A DNA stretch of 64,000 nt from assembly GCA_963717935.1 (NCBI GenBank), contig CAVQXP010000002.1, forward strand, positions 288,001 to 352,000, given 5' to 3'. The notes below the pieces were generated by a model. That model was not told the origin of the DNA and did not search any database. It saw only the letters and a list, made by a program, of their open reading frames with translations. The position numbers and the translations under genes are program-made. Numbering within the stretch: position 1 is the stretch's first letter; each line of letters opens with the position of its first letter. This DNA is from Candidatus Eiseniibacteriota bacterium. Lineage in GTDB: Bacteria; Eisenbacteria; RBG-16-71-46. Below, piece after piece: positions 39,524-47,997 of the stretch.

Positions 39524-39609
39524 GCGGTGCTCCGCCCGTGGAGGAGGGGCCGACCGTGCTCGGGGAGACACAGGGTGGGGTGGCGTATCCGCAAGCCTGC
39601 TACCCGGGG

Positions 39610-39637
39610 TTTTCGGCAGCCAGGGCGGGTGGCTTGA
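39610..39637 (-). promoter_or_regulatory. sigma28 (FliA)-type promoter upstream of the PAS hybrid kinase
   Basis: Minus strand TCAAG-N15-GCCGAAAA, about 85 nt before the start codon. Confidence 0.6.
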
Positions 39638-39657
39638 GTCCGGACCGCGTCCCGCAA

Positions 39658-40933
39658 CTAGTCGCGTGCGGTGGCCACCCGTGGCGCGGACATCCGTCTG
39701 CCCAGCACGAACGCCAGCACACCCACGGACGCGATCATCCCGGCGGCCACGAGCAGCGTCGCAGCGGTGCCGATCAGGGGCGTGGCGATGCCGGCCACGC
39801 TCTGCCCGCCGAGCAGCACCAGGCGCATCAGGAAGTCGCGCGCGCCGAAGACGCGCCCGCGCTGGCGGGGCTCGGTGCCCTCCTGCAGCATGGTCTCGGG
39901 CAGCACGAAGACCGGGGCCGCGCCCAGGCCCACGAGCAGCGCGGCGCCGGCGAACACGGCGAAGCGGGTCGAGACGGCGAAGCACACGAGTCCCGGCGGC
40001 GGCCAGCACGAGGCCGACCCCCAGGATCAGGTGGCGCGGGTGTGCCCGTCCGCGCGTGTTCACCCACCAGGTGCCGAAGGCGCTGCCGATGCCGACGGTC
40101 GCCATGAGCACGGCCAGGCGTTCCATGCCCGCCATGCGCCCCGGCGGCCCGCTGGATGTGCTGGTTGCCCGCCACGTGCAGGAACCCGCCGCCCGCCCAC
40201 ACCGCGGCGAGCGCGGTGAGCGCCAGCACCAGGACCGGGGTGGAGCGCACCAGCCGCCAGCCCTCGGCGACCTCGTGCAGGTAGTTGCGCATCGAGACCG
40301 GCGCGAGCGTGGCGTGGCGGGTGGCCGGGCGGTAGCGGATGAGCAGCAGCGAGACCACCGAGACCAGGTAGGTGACGCCATTGATGTAGAGCGCCGGCCC
40401 CCAGCCCCAGTGGTCCACGACCCAGCCACCGAGGACGACGACCGCGGTCCCGGCGATGCCGGCGCCGGCCAGCAGCGCGTTGGCGAGCAGGAGCTGCCGG
40501 TCGGGAACGATCTCGGGCGTGACGGCGCTCTTGGCCGGCAGGAAGAAGACGTTGCAGGTGAAGAGCGCGAAGACCAGCAGGTTGACGGGCCAGACGCTGC
40601 GGGTGGCGAGGTAGGCAGACCGGGATGAGCACGACCAGCAGGGCGCGCAGCGTGTCGGAGATGACCATCACGCGCTTGAGGTTCCAGCGGTCCACCCAGG
40701 CGCCGACGAAGGGCGAGAACAGCAGCACGGGCAGCAGTTGGGCGATGCCCAGCAGCCAGAGCAGGAGGGAGGACTCGCGCGGCGCCCGAGAAGTGGCTGG
40801 TGTGCTGGAGCAGGAGCCCGTAGAGCGCGACCACGGTCAGGCGCTCGCCCGAGATGGAGACGAGCTGGCCGCCGATCAGCGCGAGGAAGTTACGCTGCCG
40901 CAGCAGCGGGCGCGGCGGTGCTTCCTCGGCCAT
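39658..40933 (-). CDS. MFS transporter, split by several frameshifts
   Basis: RNFLALIGGQLVS, GAWVDRWNLKRVMVISDTLR, NGVTYLVS, LQEGTEPRQRGRVFG distributed over successive frames. Confidence 0.8.
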
Positions 40934-40938
40934 GACGC

Positions 40939-42084
40939 CTAGGCCGCGCTGTGGACCGCTCCGCGGCGCGCGAGCACGTCGCGGTAGACCGCCTCGATGC
41001 GGTCGGTGATGTGCGGCCAGGCGAACTCGAGCGCGCGTACCCGGCCGCGCCGGGCGAGGGCCGCCCGCCGTTCCGGGTCCTCGACCAGTGCGACGATCGC
41101 CTCCGCCAGCGCGGGCACGTCACCGGGGGGCGAGACCACGCCGTTCACTCCGGGCTGGACGACGCTGCGATAGCCGGGGATGTCCGAGGCCACCACCGCG
41201 CGCTCCGCTGGCCATGGCCTCGACCAGCACGATGCCGAAGCTCTCGTGGCCGAGCGCGGGGGAGACGAAGATGTCGCCGGTCGCGTACCAGCGCGGCAGA
41301 CTCGTGGCTCGGGACGTGTCCGACGAAGTGCACGTGCGCCCGCACCGCGGGGGCGACGGAGGCCTCGAACCGCCCCCTGCAGATAGGAGTCGCCCACGAC
41401 CAGCAGGCGCGCCCTCCCGTGCGTGCGCGCGATCACCTCGGGCAGGGCGTCCAGGAGCACCTGCACGCCCTTGCGGGGGTCGAGGCGGCCGACGAACAGC
41501 ACGTTCACCCGCCCGGGGTCGCGCCACTCGGGGAACGGCTCGACCGACGGATGGAAGCGCTCGGTGTCCACCCCGTTCGGGATGACGAGGTACTCGCCGG
41601 GGAAGTACTGTGCCACGAAATCGCGCGCGGTCTCGGAGACCGCGATCCGGGCGTCGAGGCGCTTCATTCGCGCGGCGAGCGGGCGGAGGAAGGCCTTGAT
41701 CAGGCGGCTCGGGCCGCTGGTGGTGTGGAAGGTCCCCACCTGAGGGCATTCGGCGGTCTCGACCGCGATCAGCGGCAGCGTGGGCACGAGCGGCGCGTGG
41801 GTGTGCAGGATGTCGAAATCGTGCCGCTTGAGCAGGCCGCGCAACTGGCTCCGGAGCCGAATGCCCACCGCCAGGTCCACGAAGGCCCCGTTGAAGGGGA
41901 TGAGCAGGTTGTAGCCGATGCGCTCGACCTCGGGGTCCGAGGGCGCCTCGCCGCGGCGGAAGTGGCTGGTGATGATGGTGACCTGGTGCCCGCGCCGGCG
42001 CAGTTCGATCGCGGTGTGGTGGACGTGCTCGGTGACGCCGCCGTAGCGGGGGTAGTACGACTGCGAGACGATCCCGATCCTCAC
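40939..42084 (-). CDS. PimA-like GT4 glycosyltransferase, internal frameshifts around 41200-41380
   Basis: RIGIVSQSYYPRYGGVTEH, IPFNG, VGTFH, RIAVS..A, IPNGVD, FVGRLDPRKG; GHESFGIVLVEAMA in the adjacent frame. Confidence 0.8.
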   Translation of the reverse strand: MRIGIVSQSYYPRYGGVTEHVHHTAIELRRRGHQVTIITSHFRRGEAPSDPEVERIGYNLLIPFNGAFVDLAVGIRLRSQLRGLLKRHDFDILHTHAPLVPTLPLIAVETAECPQVGTFHTTSGPSRLIKAFLRPLAARMKRLDARIAVSETARDFVAQYFPGEYLVIPNGVDTERFHPSVEPFPEWRDPGRVNVLFVGRLDPRKGVQVLLDALPEVIARTHGRARLLVVGDSYLQGAVRGLRRPRGAGARALRRTRPEPRVCRAGTRPATSSSPPRSATRASASCWSRPWPAERAVVASDIPGYRSVVQPGVNGVVSPPGDVPALAEAIVALVEDPERRAALARRGRVRALEFAWPHITDRIEAVYRDVLARRGAVHSAA

Positions 42085-42974
42085 GCCTCGACGCTCCGCG
42101 CCGCTCCGGCCGCTTCGGTCTGCGCGGCGGGGGAGCCTTCCCACAGGGGCCGGAAGATGCACCACTGGTCGAGGTGCTCCCGGATGTGCCGCTCGGAGAT
42201 GGCGGCCACCTCGGCGTTCAGAGCCGCGGTGTGGGGGAAGCGCGCGGGATCGAGTGCCGGCTCCATCACGATGCGGAACCGACCGGGGCCGAGGCGCTCG
42301 CAGTAGCCGCAGATGATGAGTGCTCCAGTGCGCTGGGCGAGCACGCCGGGACCGGCGGGAAAGCGGGTCTCGCGCCCGAAGAACTCGACCGGCACGCCGT
42401 GGCTGTAGATGTCGCCATCCACCATGAGTGCCACCAGGTCGTTGTGCTCGAGCGCGCGGAGCAGCTTGCGGAAGCCGTCCTCGGGGGAGACCGTGTGAAT
42501 GGCCAGCTCCGACTTGGTCTCGCGCACGGCCGGAGCCAGCCAGCGGCCGAGCTGCACGCCGGCCACCGCGTGCATCGTGTAGCCCCAGTGGGCGAGCACC
42601 ACGGCGGCCAGCTCCCAGTTGCCGATGTGCGTGCAGGTCAGGATCACGCCGCGTTCCCGGGAAACCGCCTGCTCGAGGTGCTCGCGCCCCACCACCTGGA
42701 CCGAGCGCAGCAGGCCCTCCCGGCTCAGGTGGGGCAGCCGGAAGAACTCGAACATCATGCGGTTGTAGCTGCGCATCATGCGGCGCACGACCTGCAGGCG
42801 CTCGCGTCGCGAGGCGCGGGGCATGGCGGCCGTCAGGTTGGCCAGCGCGGCGTGACGGCGGGCGGGGAAGAAGCGGAAGTGGACCTCGGTGAGGAGGTCG
42901 GCCAGGGCATAGCCCAGCCCCAGGGGCATGCCCGCGACGAGCGCGGTGAGCCAGCCGTAGACGAGTCGAGACAT
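42081..42974 (-). CDS. Lysophospholipid/PatA-like acyltransferase (Lip_A_acyltrans family)
   Basis: GVILTCTHIGNWE, ALMVD, VEFFG...GP..LA, I.....DQW.IF..LW. Confidence 0.85.
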   Translation of the reverse strand: MSRLVYGWLTALVAGMPLGLGYALADLLTEVHFRFFPARRHAALANLTAAMPRASRRERLQVVRRMMRSYNRMMFEFFRLPHLSREGLLRSVQVVGREHLEQAVSRERGVILTCTHIGNWELAAVVLAHWGYTMHAVAGVQLGRWLAPAVRETKSELAIHTVSPEDGFRKLLRALEHNDLVALMVDGDIYSHGVPVEFFGRETRFPAGPGVLAQRTGALIICGYCERLGPGRFRIVMEPALDPARFPHTAALNAEVAAISERHIREHLDQWCIFRPLWEGSPAAQTEAAGAARSVEA

Positions 42975-43030
42975 CCCGTTCCCCACTCCCTGCTCGCTGA
43001 CGGCGCGCGACAGGCCGGCCGAGCAGGCCG

Positions 43031-43060
43031 AAACTACTTTCCGGCCGGAAGGGATGTCAA
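43031..43060 (-). promoter_or_regulatory. sigma70-type promoter of the acyltransferase-GT-MFS operon with palindrome in spacer
   Basis: Minus strand TTGACA-N18-TAGTTT; TTCCGGCCGGAA at 43039-43050. Confidence 0.55.
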
Positions 43061-43150
43061 GCATCAGCCCGCCGCGTCCTGCGGCTCCGGGGCTCCTCAG
43101 TGCGCGACGGGGCATGCACTTGCGCGCCCAAGACCTCACGCTCAGAACCG

Positions 43151-43179
43151 TTGACCGGGCACGGCGGGCGGAATAGGAT
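43151..43179 (+). promoter_or_regulatory. sigma70-type promoter
   Basis: TTGACC-N17-TAGGAT upstream of ATG 43236. Confidence 0.55.
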
Positions 43180-43235
43180 GCCCTCTGGCGTCCGAGATGC
43201 CGGAGGTCCGCCCCGACCTGCGGGAGGGTTGCATC

Positions 43236-43659
43236 ATGGGCAGTCAGAAGATCATGCGTTGCGAGATCCGGCGCGTCGGCAGCACCGGGCCGATGACGCG
43301 AGCGGTTCGTGCCCCTCGAGATCTTCGGCCTGTGGGAGTACCTGATGACCCACAAGCACGACTTCGAGGTGCTGAACGCGCGGGCCTCGCTCTGGCTCGA
43401 CATGGAGGATTCCCCCGACTCGGCCTACGGAGAGACCCAGTTCGAGCGGGTCACCGAGGTCACGGCCTTCGTCTACTCCGAGCGCGACGGGATGTTCACG
43501 CGGGCGCGGCGCTACTTCGCCAGCGACCGCTGCGAGGAGCTCAAGCGCATCTTCCTGAGCCACTACGAGAGCGCGGGCGGCCGCCTGCAGCCCCACCTGC
43601 GCGAGCGCCCCGGCATCTTCCTGCACCGGGAGAGCGCCCTGGTGGAGGTCGACCCCTGA
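43236..43659 (+). CDS. Hypothetical protein (about 140 aa), one frameshift near 43300
   Basis: GGGAGG RBS + MGSQKIMRCEIRR... joins ORF 43309..43659 (VPLEIFGLWEYLM...), which has host-like codon use. Confidence 0.65.
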
Positions 43660-43838
43660 CCGGGAGGCCGCGGCCACCGCGCGCCCCGCCGCGAGGCCGG
43701 CGGTCGCCGCTGGCGGGGGCCCGCCGCGGCTCCTCACGGCCGCGCCCCGGCGGCCTGGACCCGCCCCGGACCGTCCCGGGCCCGTCGCCGGGCCGGCGGC
43801 CCGCGCCGGCCCCGCGCGGCGCCGCCCCTCCTTTTCGC

Positions 43839-43867
43839 TAAGGGAACGCCCGCCGCCGCGCCGATAA
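43839..43867 (+). promoter_or_regulatory. Possible sigma28-type promoter upstream of mglA
   Basis: Perfect -10 GCCGATAA at 43860; TAAG at 43839, but spacer is 17 rather than 15. Confidence 0.4.
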
Positions 43868-44142
43868 GTCCCTCTGACAGGGTGGCGCTCCGCATCGTGA
43901 CGTTCACCTGTCCGGCCGCCTCGAGCGATCAGGACAGGGCTCCGGGCGGGCGATGCAGAGCGCTCCCAACCAGCGTGGCGACCCCATCCGGCGGGTCCGG
44001 CCGTCCCGATCACGGGCCTTCGTGCCCTGCGATCACCAGGACGGATCGTCCGCCCTCAAGGTCCCTGTGGAGAAAGGGCGGCAAGGGGCTCCATGGGATC
44101 CGGCTTTGTGACAGGGTGGGGTCGCACCAGGAGGGACGCGCC

Positions 44143-45191
44143 GTGGTTGTCGTGAGCTACTCGGGCAAGGAGATCAACGCGAAGCTCGTCTACTACGGGG
44201 CGGGCTTGAGCGGCAAGACGACGAACCTCGAGGCCATCTACGAGGCGGTGCCCGATACCAGCCGTGGCAAGATGGTCAGCATGAAGACGCAGTCCGACCG
44301 GACGCTCTTCTTCGATCTGCTGCCGCTCGACCTTGGCGAGATCATGGGGTTCAAGACCCGCTTCCTGCTCTACACGGTGCCGGGCCAGGTGTTCTACAAC
44401 GCCACCCGCAAGCTCGTGCTCAAGGGAGCGGACGCCATCGTCTTCGTCGCCGACAGCGAAGTCGGCAAGATGGAGGAGAACAAGGAGAGTCTCGCCAACC
44501 TGAAGACGAACCTGGCCGAGTACGGCCTGAGCCTCGACGAGATCCCGTGGGTGATCCAGTACAACAAGCGCGACCTGCCCAACGTCTACTCGGTCGAGGA
44601 GCTCGACGCCGAACTGAACGACGGCGGCAAGGTGCCGAGCTTCGAGGCGGTGGCCACGACGGGCAAGGGCGTGTTCGAGACCTTCCGCGGCGTGTCGCAT
44701 CTGCTCATGGAGAAGGTGACGAAGGACCTGCGCCGCACGCCGTTCGCGAGCGCGGCCTCGCGCCCGGTTCCGGGCGGTGTGGAGGCTCAGGCGAAGTCCG
44801 AGCCATCCCGCACTCAGGCTGCGTCGCCCCTGGCGCCGCCAGTGGTCCATCGCGCGCGAGGCCCAGGAGACCGTCGCCCGCGAGATCGGCAGCGCGGCGG
44901 GCGTCGACTACGGGCGCGAGATCGACTCTTCCGGACGAGACCGCGCCGCGGCTGAAGGCCGTGGCCGCCGCCGCCGGTGTCCCCGCCGCTCCCTGTCGTG
45001 CGACGGCCCCGGCACCCGTTGCCGTCGCGCCGGCAACGGCGCCCGCCTCCATCCTTGCGGCTCCGCAGGCCGCGGTCGTCACCGCAGACGCCCGGCAGGC
45101 CGAATCCGACGAGCTCGTCGTGCCGGTCACGGTCACCCGTGGCTCCGCACGGGAGATCGTCCTGCGCATCGTGCTCAAGGTGGAAGGCTGA
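44143..45191 (+). CDS. mglA: MglA/SofG-family small GTPase with long C-terminal extension (frameshifts near 44850 and 44940)
   Basis: KEINAKLVYYGAGLSGKTTN, DRTLFFD, YTVPGQ, YNKRDL, GKGVFET; AGGAGG RBS; tail ends ELVVPVTV...IVLRIVLKVEG. Confidence 0.85.
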
Positions 45192-45266
45192 CAGGACCTT
45201 GACGATTGCAGACGGGACCCGCCGGCCGTGCCGAGCGGGTCGCGATCGCCGCGGGCCACAACCTGG

Positions 45267-45295
45267 TTGACACCCGGCCCCCGGGTTCTTAACGT
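45267..45295 (+). promoter_or_regulatory. sigma70-type promoter, probably leaderless transcript
   Basis: TTGACA-N17-TAACGT ending 7 nt before ATG 45302. Confidence 0.55.
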
Positions 45296-45301
45296 CGAGC
45301 C

Positions 45302-45767
45302 ATGAACCCACTCCGGATCGCAGTGCCCGCCCTGGTGATCGCGCTTCTCGCCGCCCTCCTCAGCGGCCCCGCGGCCGCGGGTGCCATCGGCGGCTCGCCG
45401 CTCTTCAGCCCGCGCGTCCCGGTCAGCGCATTCGGCCTGGCCCGCAACTGGTTCGACCCTTCGCGTCTGCACGTCTCGTCCATGGTGAGCGTGGGCTCGT
45501 CGAGCTGGGGTTCGCGGGGCACGAGCGCGCTGCAGGTGACGACGCTGAGCTACAGCTTCAAGGCTCCGGTCGCGATGAGCGTGAGCCTGGGCAACGCGTG
45601 GGGAGCCAACACCGCGCGCAGCGCGGCAGTCGTTGTACCTCCAGGGCTTCAGCCTCGCGTACCGGCCGAGCCACGCGACGCAGTTCCAGATCCAGTACCA
45701 GGATCTGCGCTCGCCGCTGCAGTACCAGCAGCCCGGTTTCGGCGCTCCGGGGCGTTGGGGTTACTGA
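45302..45767 (+). CDS. Secreted beta-strand-rich hypothetical protein, frameshift near 45625
   Basis: Signal peptide (...PAAA); amphipathic strands; continues as QSLYLQGFSLAYRPSHATQFQIQYQDLRSPLQY...GRWGY-stop. Confidence 0.6.
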
Positions 45768-46040
45768 GGCTCCCGGGGCCGCGTCCACGGCCCGGGCCCG
45801 CGGCCCGCGCCGCATCGCTCCACTGCCTGCCCCGTTCGCGCGGGCGTCGGCCCGCGCCCGGTCGTGGCTTCCGCGCAGCGGGGGCCGGACCCCTAATCCC
45901 ATGGCGCGCAGGGGAATCGGTGGGGGCAGACGAGAAGAGGTCCCGCGAGCGCCGGGGTCGGCCGACCCCGGGTGCGTGGGCCGGGGCTCGAAGAGCTTCT
46001 CCCTGACGGCGGTTCCGGCGCTGCCCGCGCAAACGGGACT

Positions 46041-46069
46041 TTGAGTGCCCGGCCGATTGTGGCTATTCT
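46041..46069 (+). promoter_or_regulatory. sigma70-type promoter upstream of csrA
   Basis: TTGAGT-N17-TATTCT. Confidence 0.5.
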
Positions 46070-46074
46070 CGCGT

Positions 46075-46101
46075 TAAGTCGTCTGCAGTCCAAGCCGATA
46101 C
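46075..46101 (+). promoter_or_regulatory. sigma28 (FliA)-type promoter upstream of csrA-flgM
   Basis: TAAG-N15-GCCGATAC, near-consensus with canonical spacing. Confidence 0.75.
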
Positions 46102-46156
46102 GCTAGGTGATGAAGGGGTGACGGCTGCCCCGTAGAGGCGCGGAGGTAGCTCCAAG

Positions 46157-46406
46157 ATGCTGGTCCTAACACGGAAGTTAGGCGAGAACATCCGGATCGG
46201 GGACTCGGTCAAGATCACCGTGCTGGAGGTGCGCTCGGGCCAGGTGAAGCTCGGCATCGAGGCGCCGCCCGATGTGAAGGTCCACCGCGAAGAGATCTAT
46301 GCCCGCATCCAGGAAGAGAACCGTCGCGCGCAGCGTGGGAAGCCAGGCGAGCCGGAACCGCCGAAAGCCACGGGACGATCCGGGCGGGGCGAGCGGCTCC
46401 CGCTGA
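46157..46406 (+). CDS. csrA: Carbon storage regulator CsrA (probable true stop at 46406 after a +1 indel; as read the ORF runs to 46627)
   Basis: [25 protein letters not shown]...[28 protein letters not shown]. Confidence 0.93.
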
Positions 46407-46480
46407 TTCGCGCGCCGGCACGGCGGACGCCGGGAAGGCGTCCGGGGCCGGTTCCTGCGGCGGGCGCGGCAGGAGGAGTC

Positions 46481-46679
46481 ATGGACCAGCGGTTCGCAGA
46501 GCCGCGGGCACATCCGGCTGGTGACCGTCACGGACGGGAAGCGCTCCCGTGGCGAGGCGGGTGTGCGCTGGTCACGGGTGAAGGCCGCGCGCGCGCGGAT
46601 CGCCGCCGGCTTCTACGACCGCGCTGACGTGCGCGAGAAACTGCTGGACGCCATCCTGGACGAGTTGACGGACTCCTAG
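46481..46679 (+). CDS. flgM: Short FlgM-like anti-sigma28 factor (about 65 aa; extra base just after ATG, or GTG 46521 start)
   Basis: AGGAGGAG RBS; frame ending at TAG 46679 reads [35 protein letters not shown], matching the FlgM C-terminal pattern; behind a sigma28 promoter; not in the ORF track. Confidence 0.6.
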
Positions 46680-46699
46680 GCGCCTCCTCAGGCGCAGAT

Positions 46700-46729
46700 G
46701 CCCGCCGTGACCCGGCGGGCTTTTCGTTT
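46700..46729 (+). terminator. Rho-independent terminator after csrA-flgM
   Basis: GCCCGCCG-tgacc-CGGCGGGC followed by TTTTCGTTT. Confidence 0.85.
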
Positions 46730-46770
46730 GTGGTCCTCCTCTGCGATACTGCGCGCACGATGGAGCGTCC

Positions 46771-47997
46771 ATGCCGGTGAAGCGCGCGGCCCGCGCACGC
46801 GTCGAGGGAACGGCACCCGTGGAGGCCGCCGGTCGGCTGCTCATGGCCGACGTCGAGCACGGCGTGCTGCTGCTCGACCCGCGGGGCCGCGTGACGGCCG
46901 CGAATCCTGCGGCGCTGCGCCTGCTCGGGCTGCGGGCGGAGCACGGTCCGCGGGCGTGCCGCCTCCGGGCTCGTGCGCAGCGTGGTGCTCGGGGACGATC
47001 CGGTCGCCGAGACCTTCGGGGCCGCCACGACCGAGCGCGAGGTCCTGCTCGCGCCGCGCGGCGGGTGGCGAGGTGCCGGTGCTCCTGCGCGGCTTCCGCT
47101 TCGGGCGCCCGGCGCGCGTCCTGCTCGTGCTGCGCGATCTCACGCAGCCGCGCCGGATGCAGCAGGAACTGCGGCGCAACGAGCGGCTCGCGACCCTGGG
47201 CCAGCTCTCGGCGGGGGTGGCACACGAGATCCGCAACCCTCTGGCCGGCATCGGCGTCAGCGCGCAGGTGCTGCTGGGGCGCTTCGAGCCCCGCGACGCG
47301 CGCGCGCGCTTCGTGAGCGTCATCCTCGAGGAGGTGGCGCGACTCGACCGGCTGGTCACGAACCTGCTCCAGTACGCGCGCCCGCGGAGTCCGGAGCTCA
47401 GCCCCGGTCAGCTCGTGGACTGCGTGCGACGCGTGGTCGAGCTCTCGGCCGACTCGTTCGCCCGGGCCGGCGTGCGCGCGGAGGTCGAGGCGAAGCCGGG
47501 ACTCCGGTCGCTCTGGATCGACACGGACCTGGTGACGCAGGTCGTTGCTCAACGTGACGCTGAACGCGGTGCAGGCCATGCCGCAGGGCGGCACGCTGCG
47601 CTACGAGGTGCGCCTCACGCGCCGCCGCCGCGCGCCGCGCGGGCCGGGCCGGCGGGCCAGCGACGTGCACGAGCGGAGGGCCGCCGTGCCCGCCGCGCGC
47701 GGCGGGAGAGTGGATCGCCATCCAGCAGATTCGCGTGACCGACAGCGGCGTGGGCATCCCGCGCGGCGTGCTCGGTAAGCTCTTCGACCCCTTCTTCTCG
47801 ACCAAGGCCGAGGGGCAGCGGGCTGGGGCTTTCCATCTGCCAGACCATCATGCAGGAGCACGGTGGCTCGATCGAGGTCGCGAGCCGTGAAGGCGAGCGG
47901 CACCACCGTGCTCCTGGATTTCCCCGTGGAGAAGCGACATGGCGAAAGACGAGGCACCGCCGCGGACGCAGGCCCCGCACACGCTGCTCATCGTTGA
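46771..47997 (+). CDS. PAS sensor histidine kinase (NtrB/FleS/FlgS-like), multiple frameshifts
   Basis: GVLLLD..GRV..ANPAA; ERLATLGQLSAGVAHEIRNPL; LNVTLNAVQAM; DSGVGI...LFDPFFSTK; GLGLSICQ.I..EHGG in successive frames. Confidence 0.85.

Noticed and set aside
36725..40933. 1402-aa ORF suggesting an MFS-histidine kinase fusion
   Set aside because: Artefact of frameshifts in the MFS gene; the MFS has its own stop at 39658 and the kinase its own RBS/ATG at 39523.
43660..43830. Extremely GC-rich intergenic tract as ncRNA or repeat element
   Set aside because: No recognisable motif or recurrence in the window; base pairing is expected by chance at this GC content.
43882..44142. N-terminal extension of MglA or a known riboswitch in the leader
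   Set aside because: AGGAGG precedes GTG 44143, where MglA homology begins; I could not match a c-di-GMP or other riboswitch consensus by eye.
46157..46627. 156-aa extended CsrA or CsrA-FlgM fusion
   Set aside because: The extension is low-complexity; TGA 46404 in the +1 frame and a separate strong RBS at about 46471 indicate two genes.
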